Of a stretch of 64,000 nucleotides of DNA, positions 51,499 through 58,237 are shown in pieces (position 1 is the first letter of the stretch; each line of letters begins with the position of its first letter). The notes under the pieces were generated by a model, which did not search any database, had not been told where the DNA came from, and saw only the letters and a list, made by a program, of their open reading frames with translations. The stretch is from Desulfuromonadales bacterium (lineage in GTDB: Bacteria; Desulfobacterota; Desulfuromonadia; Desulfuromonadales; SZUA-540): NCBI GenBank assembly GCA_033549025.1, contig JAWSUS010000003.1, forward strand, positions 128,001 through 192,000, written 5' to 3'. A program made the position numbers and the translations under genes.

Positions 51499-52932
51499 AT
51501 GGAAAAGAAGAAGAATTTTCGCCGCAGTGCCCCCCGCAAGCTCCAGCGCCCCCCCATCGAACTGACCATCGAGCGACTCAACGACGAAGGGGTCGGCCTT
51601 GGGCACTATGGCGGCAAAGAGGTTCAGGTGGCCGCTACCCTGCCCGGCGAAAAGATCGCACTGAGCATTGAACATGAAGGGCAGTATCGCATTATCGGCA
51701 ATCTGGAGCGGGTCATCACCCCCCACTCCGAACGCCGCCGCCCGCCTTGCTCGCATTTCGGCCGCTGCCTTGGCTGTTCCCTGATTCACCTTAAGGATCA
51801 GGCCCAACTCCACTTCAAGACCGACCGGGTCAAACAGGCGCTGCAGGCCCACGCCTCCCTCAACGCGGTTCGCGTACATGAAGTCTGGCCGGCGGCCACC
51901 ACTCTCGGCTACCGCACCACGGCCAAACTCGCCATGGCCAAGGATCGCGGCAAAGTCAAGATCGGCCTCTACCGGCGCGGTTCCCATACCGTGGTTGATA
52001 TCGACGACTGCCCGCTGCACCATCCGCTCATCAACCGCATCGTGCAGGTGGTCAAACAGGAAGTCGAGCGCCAGGGGATCTACGTCTACAACCCCGCTCG
52101 CCAGCGAGGCCTGCTGCGTTACCTGACCATCCGGGTCAGCCCGACCTTCGACAAAGCCATGGTCACCTTCGTCACTTCCGAAAAGAATTTCCGGGAAATC
52201 ACCCATTTGGCCAAGGGGCTGCAGAAGAAGGTGCCCGAAGTGGTCTCCATTCATCAGAATATCAACAGCTCGGCCGGCAACGTGATTTTCGGCCGCGACA
52301 CCCTGAAGATGCTTGGAGCCGTCGATCTCATCGACCAGGTGGGGGATATCCGCCTGCGCATCGCGCCGACCTCCTTCTTCCAGGTGAACAACCCGCAGGC
52401 GGCCCGCATCTATGAACTGGTGCGCCAGTGGGCGGCCCTGCAGCCGGAGGATACGGCCATCGACCTCTACTGCGGCATTGGCGGTATCGCCATGAATCTG
52501 GCCCGGGACGCCGGCCGCGTCATCGGCATCGAAGTCGTCGAGGAAGCGGTGCGTAACGCCCGGGAAAATGCGCAGATGAATGGCATCCAGGGGTGCAGTT
52601 TCCGCGCTGGCGACGCCGCCGAACTGGTGCATGATCTCAGCCACGAGGTTCCGCCCGGCAGCGTCGCCGTGGTCAACCCCCCTCGCGGCGGCTGTGCCCC
52701 GGAGGTGCTTGAAGCGCTGGTGCAGCTGAAACCCCGCACCCTCATCTATGTCTCCTGCAATCCCGACACCCTGGCCCGCGACCTCGACCTGCTAGCCGGC
52801 ATGGGCTACCGCACGGAAGAGATCCAGCCCGTCGACATGTTTCCACAGACCTCCCACGTCGAATCCGTCGCCCGCCTGGTGCCCGACCGGGACCGCCTGC
52901 CGCGCAAAAAGAGCCAGCTGTCACCTCTCTAG
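51499..52932 (+). CDS. rlmD: 23S rRNA m5U1939 methyltransferase (TrmA family)
   Basis: TRAM domain, Fe-S cysteines, SFFQVN, DLYCGIG, YVSCNP, DMFPQTSHVE. Confidence 0.92.
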   Translation: MEKKKNFRRSAPRKLQRPPIELTIERLNDEGVGLGHYGGKEVQVAATLPGEKIALSIEHEGQYRIIGNLERVITPHSERRRPPCSHFGRCLGCSLIHLKDQAQLHFKTDRVKQALQAHASLNAVRVHEVWPAATTLGYRTTAKLAMAKDRGKVKIGLYRRGSHTVVDIDDCPLHHPLINRIVQVVKQEVERQGIYVYNPARQRGLLRYLTIRVSPTFDKAMVTFVTSEKNFREITHLAKGLQKKVPEVVSIHQNINSSAGNVIFGRDTLKMLGAVDLIDQVGDIRLRIAPTSFFQVNNPQAARIYELVRQWAALQPEDTAIDLYCGIGGIAMNLARDAGRVIGIEVVEEAVRNARENAQMNGIQGCSFRAGDAAELVHDLSHEVPPGSVAVVNPPRGGCAPEVLEALVQLKPRTLIYVSCNPDTLARDLDLLAGMGYRTEEIQPVDMFPQTSHVESVARLVPDRDRLPRKKSQLSPL

Positions 52933-52944
52933 GGTTCAAATGAC

Positions 52945-52980
52945 AAGAGGCCCTGCCGATTCATGACGGCAGGGCCTCTT
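52945..52980. terminator. Terminator hairpin between convergent genes
   Basis: AAGAGGCCCTGCCG...CGGCAGGGCCTCTT, 14-bp stem. Confidence 0.75.
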
Positions 52981-53005
52981 CTTCTGGAACGAAACAGCGG
53001 ACGGA

Positions 53006-53230
53006 TCAGGGCTGCTTGTCCTCAGCGGCCAGTTCCTTCAGTCTTTCCTGGGCCCGCGCGGCATAAGAGGACGCCGGATATTTTTCCATCAATTCCGTGT
53101 ACAGCCGCACGGCCTGGGTCTGATTGAACTGTTTCTCCTCCAGCACGGCGGTCTCATAGAGATCCTTGGCTCGGTCCCCGCAGCCAGCCAGCGCCAAGGC
53201 CAGCACGATCACTCCCAACAATTTTCGCAT
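53006..53230 (-). CDS. Small lipoprotein with a TPR-like repeat
   Basis: Lipobox LAGC; A..LY..L.EKYP.S.YA..A TPR-like motif. Confidence 0.75.
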   Translation of the reverse strand: MRKLLGVIVLALALAGCGDRAKDLYETAVLEEKQFNQTQAVRLYTELMEKYPASSYAARAQERLKELAAEDKQP

Positions 53231-53232
53231 GG

Positions 53233-53808
53233 TCACTCCCCCCTACCGTTCAATGGTCTTGTTACCGTAAAGGCGCCCCGGATATCGCCCGGCGAAAACC
53301 CTGTCGCCTGATCCTGCGGGTAAAGCCGCTTCAACGCTTCCTGCACATCGGCATCGATGTCCTGACCATGGCAGAGCAGGCAGATCGAACCCATAGGGAT
53401 GGCCTTCATGTAACGCAGCTCCCTTCGCCCCTCAGTCGACACCACCTCACTATACTCCAGAGAGGTCGGATCCTTCCCCTGCTTCCGCAGCTGTTCGAAG
53501 CGCTCCAGCACCTGTCGCTCCCAGGCATCCGGGGCATTGGCCGGATTACGCAGCCGCAGGCTGGTACGGGCGACCTTCCCGCCAGATTCCCGGGATAGCC
53601 GCGCGGCAATGGCCGGGGCCTTTTGCTGGCAGACACTTACCGCCTCAACCGGTCCCTGGGTGCGGATCGCCGATTCCAACTCGCCCTTCAACTCCGCCAT
53701 GAAGGCGCCAACAAGGGCGCGGCTTTCCGTCACTGCCGTCTCCTGTGCCCGGACCGGCAACGCCATCATCACCATGAGCAGCACCAGAACACCTGTCCAA
53801 CGAGCCAT
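53233..53808 (-). CDS. Periplasmic c-type haem protein (Tll0287-like/DUF3365)
   Basis: Signal peptide, RTSLRLRNPANAPD, CLLCH haem motif, GDIRGAF; start trimmed to MARWTG. Confidence 0.85.
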   Translation of the reverse strand: MARWTGVLVLLMVMMALPVRAQETAVTESRALVGAFMAELKGELESAIRTQGPVEAVSVCQQKAPAIAARLSRESGGKVARTSLRLRNPANAPDAWERQVLERFEQLRKQGKDPTSLEYSEVVSTEGRRELRYMKAIPMGSICLLCHGQDIDADVQEALKRLYPQDQATGFSPGDIRGAFTVTRPLNGRGE

Positions 53809-53841
53809 CTTGATCACTCCTTTACAGAGGGCAAAACCTGC

Positions 53842-53870
53842 TTGCAAATCACGCAACGAGAGACTAGTAT
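53842..53870 (+). promoter_or_regulatory. Putative promoter of yedF-selC
   Basis: TTGCAA-N17-TAGTAT. Confidence 0.55.
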
Positions 53871-53904
53871 AGCAGCGTTTTGAACGGATTCGAGAGGAAC
53901 GGCC

Positions 53905-54489
53905 ATGGACACCCTGGATTGCCGCGGCAAAAAATGCCCCCAGCCGGTGATAGAAACGCGCAAGGTTCTGCTGACCAACCCCGCCGCCAGCCAGCGCGTT
54001 CTGGTCAGTGACGAGACGGCCCGTCAAAACGTCAGCCGTCTGGCCGAAAGCCTGGGGCGCTCCGTCATCGCTACCGCGACCGAAGGGGGCTTCGCCCTGG
54101 AAATCTCCGCCGGGGCAACACAGGAAGCGGCCGCCGCCGAACCGGCTGTCCACGGCAAAACCGTGGTCTTCGTCAGCTCGGACAAAATGGGCAGCGGCGA
54201 CGATGAACTCGGGCATATTTTGATGAAAAACTTCATCTTTACCCTGCTCGAGATCAATCCCGTTCCCGATGCCCTCTATTTCGTCAATGCCGGCGTCAAA
54301 CTGACCACAAAGGGTTCGGACGTTCTCGAAGCGCTGGCGCGCCTCGCCGACCAGGGAGCCGATATCGCCTCCTGCGGGCTCTGTCTCGAATTCTTCGACC
54401 TGAAAGAAAGTCTCGCCGTCGGGCGGGCGACCAACATGCTCGACACGGTGGAAACGCTTAGCAAAGCGGGGCGCATCATCCGCCCCTGA
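53905..54489 (+). CDS. yedF: Sulfurtransferase-like selenium metabolism protein (TusA/SirA + DsrE-like)
   Basis: LDCRGKKCPQPVI, MGSGDDELG, NAGVKL, SCGLCL, TNM; adjacent to tRNA-Sec. Confidence 0.88.
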   Translation: MDTLDCRGKKCPQPVIETRKVLLTNPAASQRVLVSDETARQNVSRLAESLGRSVIATATEGGFALEISAGATQEAAAAEPAVHGKTVVFVSSDKMGSGDDELGHILMKNFIFTLLEINPVPDALYFVNAGVKLTTKGSDVLEALARLADQGADIASCGLCLEFFDLKESLAVGRATNMLDTVETLSKAGRIIRP

Positions 54490-54511
54490 GAATAAAATTC
54501 CGTCACCTTAA

Positions 54512-54607
54512 GGGAGTAGGTAGTAGTCTGGTGACGCTCCCGGTCTTCAAAACCGGTGGGGGGCGTATCCCGTCCCCGGTGGGTTCGATTCCCATCTGCT
54601 CCCGCCA
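54512..54607 (+). tRNA. selC: tRNA-Sec(TCA)
   Basis: 8-bp acceptor stem GGGAGTAG/CTGCTCCC, anticodon arm CCGGT-CTTCAAA-ACCGG, long variable arm, G discriminator plus CCA; 96 nt. Confidence 0.93.
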
Positions 54608-54608
54608 A
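54545..54608 (+). repeat. attL (direct repeat copy 1, within selC)
   Basis: Identical to 58082..58145. Confidence 0.95.
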
Positions 54609-54614
54609 TTAATA

Positions 54615-54657
54615 AAAACAAGGGGTTACGGTTCTTCCGTAGCCCTTTTGTTTTTTA
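54615..54657 (+). terminator. Element-supplied terminator after selC
   Basis: AAAACAAGGGGTTACGG-ttctt-CCGTAGCCCTTTTGTTTTTT. Confidence 0.7.
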
Positions 54658-54679
54658 ATTTTCGCTAATCTTCTTGCCT

Positions 54680-54710
54680 TTTGTGACAAATTTGTGACAA
54701 TTGTGACAAA
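54680..54710 (+). repeat. Left arm-type sites, 3x TTGTGACAA
   Basis: Tandem copies at 54681, 54692 and 54701. Confidence 0.8.
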
Positions 54711-54744
54711 TTCAACAACCACCACCAAGGCACGAGGGGAGAAA

Positions 54745-55722
54745 ATGGCGACAATCGTTAAACGCGGGAAAAGCGCCTGGCTTGCTCGGATCAGGAGAAA
54801 AGGGTACCCACCCCAGACCAAGACCTTTGACAGCAAGGCAGAGGCCGCAGCATGGGCCAGGGGCGTTGAAGCGTCTATGGACCGGGGGCTTTTTGTTGAC
54901 TACTCGGAGGCAGAGGGAACAACGCTGGCCGCCGCCCTGGGCCGATACGAAAGGGAAGTTACCAGCAAGAAAAAAGGCAAGGGACAGGAAAAAGACCGCC
55001 TGAACGTGTGGCGGGGGTCTGCTCTAGCCGCCCGCTCTCTGGTCAGCATCAGGAGCGCGGATATTGCAGCATGGCGCGACGGGCGACTTGAGGCGGGGAT
55101 CTCGCCGCACACCGTCTGCAACGACCTCTCCCTCCTTTCTCACGTCTACCGGGTAGCGGCCACGGACTGGGGCATTGCGGGCCTGACGAACCCCTGTGAG
55201 CACGTGCGCCGACCAAAGAGGCCGGAGGGAAGAGACAGGAGACTGGAGGCCGGAGAAGAAGAACGGTTACTGGCCGCCCTGCCCGCCTCTGTCGGGGCGG
55301 TGGTTCGGCTGGCGCTGGAAACAGGAGCAAGGCGGGGGGAGATATTGGCGCTGAGGTGGGAAAATATCGACCTGGGGAAAAGAACGGCCCGCCTCCCAGA
55401 CACAAAAAACGGGACGGCGCGGGACCTCCCCCTTTCAACCAGGGCTGCGGAGGTGTTGCGGCAGCAACCACGGCGCCTGCATGATTCCAGAGTCTTCCAG
55501 ATCACGCCGGCGCACGTGTCAAAAAGCTTCCGGGAGGCGTGCGAGCGGGCAGGGATTGAGGATTTGAGATTTCACGACCTCCGCCATGAGGCCACCAGCC
55601 GCCTGTTTGAAAAGGGGCTGAACCCCATGCAGGTGGCAGCGATCACAGGCCACAAGACCCTGGTGATGCTGCGAAGATACACCCACCTGCGGGCGGAGGA
55701 TTTGGCCGCGCTGCTGGGATGA
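54745..55722 (+). CDS. Tyrosine recombinase/integrase (Rci/HP1-like, with N-terminal arm-binding-like domain)
   Basis: Catalytic R (TGARRGE), K (DTKNG), HxxR (FHDLRHE), H (TGHKT) and Y (RYTH); start at MATIVKRG, downstream of GAGGGG. Confidence 0.95.
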   Translation: MATIVKRGKSAWLARIRRKGYPPQTKTFDSKAEAAAWARGVEASMDRGLFVDYSEAEGTTLAAALGRYEREVTSKKKGKGQEKDRLNVWRGSALAARSLVSIRSADIAAWRDGRLEAGISPHTVCNDLSLLSHVYRVAATDWGIAGLTNPCEHVRRPKRPEGRDRRLEAGEEERLLAALPASVGAVVRLALETGARRGEILALRWENIDLGKRTARLPDTKNGTARDLPLSTRAAEVLRQQPRRLHDSRVFQITPAHVSKSFREACERAGIEDLRFHDLRHEATSRLFEKGLNPMQVAAITGHKTLVMLRRYTHLRAEDLAALLG

Positions 55723-55795
55723 CGGAAAATGGCCTAGAATCGATTTAAAGCGATTGGGTCTAGGGTGGTGGTGGTTGAGTGAATCTTTTTCAATC

Positions 55796-56299
55796 CTAGC
55801 CCCCTTTTTGTTCGTTCTGGGACGTTTTCACAAGGCGGAGGTGACGGCGTTTTTCCGTGGCGCCTTGCTGGAGGGTCCCTTTCCAGCCGATACAGGGGTT
55901 GAGGGTATAACTCTTGTGGGGTCCGTGCTGCGTCTCTCCCGGGAGGATGACGCCGGCTTCCAGCAGCTTCTTGATGCTGCGGGAGAGATTAGGCTGAGAA
56001 AGGTTCATTTCCTTAGCTAGCCCGACCTGGTTGACTAAGACCTCGTTCCCATGGCGCAGAGCCTTCAGCAACTTGAAGAAAACCTTGAAGTCAGCACCGG
56101 TCAAACTGTCACACGTCGATAAATAATCCAGTCCCATCTCTCCGTCTCCCTGCCACAAAATCAACCACTGCTCGTCGGTCTTCGTCTTCTTTTCTACCAG
56201 CATCAGATTGACCGGGGTAGTGGTTTTTTCCACCACCCCTTTCTCGATGTGGTACGTGGTTTGCTCTAAACTGTGCGCTATCTCTTTGTTTTTACTCAT
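55796..56299 (-). CDS. RepL-like winged helix-turn-helix plasmid replication protein
   Basis: LTG.D..V...L...L..N....Q..LA..M.....SRSIKKL...G.I..G......Y.LNP..GWKG pattern, recalled from small-plasmid RepL-type initiators; not verified by search. Confidence 0.7.
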   Translation of the reverse strand: MSKNKEIAHSLEQTTYHIEKGVVEKTTTPVNLMLVEKKTKTDEQWLILWQGDGEMGLDYLSTCDSLTGADFKVFFKLLKALRHGNEVLVNQVGLAKEMNLSQPNLSRSIKKLLEAGVILPGETQHGPHKSYTLNPCIGWKGTLQQGATEKRRHLRLVKTSQNEQKGG

Positions 56300-56326
56300 G
56301 CTTTTACCTCCCCACCTCCGTTGAAA

Positions 56327-56385
56327 TGATATGAACTATATCACCTGTGATATGGGTTATATCATCCGTGATATACCAAAGTCAA
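56327..56385. promoter_or_regulatory. Phased palindromic operators/iterons overlapping the rep promoter
   Basis: TATATCA-N4-TGATATR at 56337 and 56358, half site at 56327; minus-strand TTGACT-N18-TATAAC. Confidence 0.65.
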
Positions 56386-56490
56386 GTGTTTTCAACTGTT
56401 TGAGTGCGAAGCACGAGTGTATTAGAATCAAAATCTTTAACCTTTTTTTGTTTCTTTTTTTACGCACTACTTTACTCAACAATCATTTCT

Positions 56491-56691
56491 CTATTCTTCT
56501 ATCACCCTTCGAACAATCTTCCTTGCCTGCTTCAATGCACTCTCCCTAACGAATACTGACGGCTCCCTGTCTTCCAGCCGCGCGGCCTGTTCTATCTCAT
56601 CCCATTGACCCTGAGTGAACGCCACGCTCTTAACTACCCTGAAAGCATCTTCCTTGCGCGGTCTGCCTGGAATTCCTTTCCTATTGCCCAT
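56491..56691 (-). CDS. Small ribbon-helix-helix-like protein
   Basis: GRPRK, beta strand KSVAF, helices W.EIEQAA and SVFVRESAL; strong GGAGG RBS. Confidence 0.7.
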   Translation of the reverse strand: MGNRKGIPGRPRKEDAFRVVKSVAFTQGQWDEIEQAARLEDREPSVFVRESALKQARKIVRRVIEE

Positions 56692-56693
56692 TT

Positions 56694-57179
56694 TCAACCC
56701 CTCCCAAACATGTTCTTAGCACTGCCTACCAGACCTCCGGCCCTGCGGGTTTTTTCTTCCTTGACGTAGTTTTCAACCAGGTCCAAAGAGTCCTTCAGAG
56801 CCTTGGTCCTAGGGAAGGCCAGGCGGAACGCCTTCACCGCCTCGTCAACGGCTTCCTTGTTGGTGTTTTTTTCCTCCCGCATGGCGTCGGCAATAGATTT
56901 GATCTGGCTCTGTGTGTGGGCGTTGATCTTGTCTATCAGCTTTGCCATCTCCGTTATTACCCTGGTTCTCTCGGCGGTTGCCTGCTCTCTCGCCGCTTCC
57001 ATAGTCTCAGCCAGCTTGATATCAATCCTCGCTATCAGCCTTTCTTCAAGCGCCGTCGCCTCGGACTCAGCGGAGATAAGCGCCCGCGCCGCCTCTGTCG
57101 GCGTGCAGCCCCTTTCCTCCGCCAGCTTCATCAAAAATCGAAACTCCCCTTCCCCCATCCTGATGTTGATCTGTTTCAT
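56694..57179 (-). CDS. Hypothetical protein: N-terminal RHH-like domain plus coiled coil
   Basis: MKQINIRM...L..LA...G.T.TEAARALI followed by a long helical region; AGGAGGTG RBS. Confidence 0.75.
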   Translation of the reverse strand: MKQINIRMGEGEFRFLMKLAEERGCTPTEAARALISAESEATALEERLIARIDIKLAETMEAAREQATAERTRVITEMAKLIDKINAHTQSQIKSIADAMREEKNTNKEAVDEAVKAFRLAFPRTKALKDSLDLVENYVKEEKTRRAGGLVGSAKNMFGRG

Positions 57180-57188
57180 TTTTTCACC

Positions 57189-57266
57189 TCCTTTTTGATA
57201 TTATCATAATATCGAAATTGCCCCGAAAGGTAAAGGCAATTTTCATATTATCGTATTATGAAAAGG
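57189..57266. promoter_or_regulatory. Large imperfect inverted repeat containing two palindromic operators
   Basis: GATATTAT-C-ATAATATC (57197-57213), AAATTGCC/GGCAATTT, TTTCATA-N9-TATGAAA (57241-57263). Confidence 0.6.
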
Positions 57267-57273
57267 ATTTCCG

Positions 57274-57471
57274 ATGGCGTCAGACAAATGGCTGACAGTG
57301 ATATCAGAACAGGCGTGGTTGGTTGATATCGCGGGCACACGCCGCAAAATGGGCGCTGTCGCCGTTATTGCAAGGGCTGGTGATATCGCTCCCGATATCG
57401 CGTGCACACAGCATAGATGTTGGGCTGGCGGCCCGCTGGCGACAGCACACCCTACCACCAAGGGTGAGTAG
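57274..57471 (+). CDS. Possible small hypothetical protein (65 aa)
   Basis: AAAAGGA RBS upstream of the ATG, divergent from the RHH operon; no recognisable motif. Confidence 0.25.
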   Translation: MASDKWLTVISEQAWLVDIAGTRRKMGAVAVIARAGDIAPDIACTQHRCWAGGPLATAHPTTKGE

Positions 57472-57917
57472 GGTGTGCAAGCTAACCACATGTCGCCTTT
57501 CTGGGCCAACGTGCTTCTGTCTGGGCTTTTTCTCCCGGCGCGTGGCGGCGGGCGGTGTGTTCATGATCGGGCAATAGGAAAGGAAAATTTGTCGTTTCTC
57601 TGCGCCCCGTGCGCCGGGTCCGGGTTCCGCCTTGCCCCACTATCCCCTTGAGGGATAGCGGGCCTCTCGGCGCTCGCCCTCGCTCGCCCTCCCCCGGAAC
57701 TCCCCTTGCTGCCTGACTGGTGTTTTTAGACCTTGGTAGGGAAGGCTGGCCTAGCTGAAAGGTCCCTGCCAGAGAACGGCCAGCAGAGAATAATCACTGA
57801 TCCCTTCCCCACGCCTTTAAGCCTTTGACCTGACGAAGCGACGGCGAAGTCACCTCCGCGCCTCGTGGGTCAGAATGCGCCTCGCGACTGTCCGCCCGCG
57901 AGTTGACACGGAAGGGA

Positions 57918-58010
57918 TGTGACAATTTGTGACAAGGGAATTTTTGTTCTTTGTGGGCTGGTGTCACGGGATGGTTAAATCTGATGATTTGTGACAAATT
58001 TGTGACAATT
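57918..58010 (+). repeat. Right arm-type sites, two pairs of TGTGACAA
   Basis: Pairs at 57918-57935 and 57988-58010; the 23-mer TTTGTGACAAATTTGTGACAATT is identical to 54680-54702. Confidence 0.8.
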
Positions 58011-58081
58011 CTTTTCAAAAAGCCAAAAAATAACGCTCGTAAGTTCCTGTTTTTACTGTATTTTTATTGGCTAAAAACGGA

Positions 58082-58145
58082 CTTCAAAACCGGTGGGGGG
58101 CGTATCCCGTCCCCGGTGGGTTCGATTCCCATCTGCTCCCGCCAA
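58082..58145 (+). repeat. attR (3' fragment of tRNA-Sec)
   Basis: 64-bp identity to the selC 3' part, starting at the anticodon loop. Confidence 0.95.
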
Positions 58146-58151
58146 ACAGAG

Positions 58152-58190
58152 AAAGAGGGCTGTACCCCAACGGGTGCAGCCCTCTTTTTT
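58152..58190. terminator. Bidirectional terminator (likely the original selC terminator)
   Basis: AAAGAGGGCTGTACCC...GGGTGCAGCCCTCTTTTTT. Confidence 0.8.
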
Positions 58191-58237
58191 GTGTAAAGGG
58201 ACAACCGGCATTGTCTGCCTCGGCAGGTTGATGAGGC

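Larger units (their letters stand above)
54545..58145. mobile_element. 3.5-kb integrative element (integrated plasmid/satellite-like) in tRNA-Sec
   Basis: 64-bp direct repeats, tyrosine integrase next to attL, RepL-like gene, arm-type repeats at both ends. Confidence 0.92.

Noticed and set aside
54487..54495. yedF TGA stop as a selenocysteine codon
   Set aside because: Read-through would add only U-E before TAA, the protein already ends at a normal family length, and no SECIS-like hairpin distinct from the tRNA is visible.
54680..54710. TTGTGACAA tandem repeats as a CRISPR array or shufflon sfx sites
   Set aside because: Units are 9-11 bp with no spacers and no cas genes. All full copies are direct and flank the att core, with no invertible cassettes, which fits arm-type sites.
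54694..54744. Longer integrase start given by the ORF track
   Set aside because: The extension runs through the arm repeats; the ATG at 54745 has the RBS and a typical N-terminus.
57640..57658. CTTGA loop as a pC194/phiX-type rolling-circle nick site
   Set aside because: Only a partial match to CTTGATA, and no HUH or Rep_trans initiator is encoded; kept only as part of the structured region.
57824..57874. Hammerhead-like three-way junction (TTTGAC/GTCAGA stem, CTGACGA...GCGAAG)
   Set aside because: Has GAAG instead of GAAA, an extra A before stem II and no NUH cleavage triplet, so it is not a canonical ribozyme. An Infernal scan would settle it.
58082..58145. Second tRNA-Sec gene
   Set aside because: Lacks the 5' acceptor strand and D arm; it is the attR fragment.
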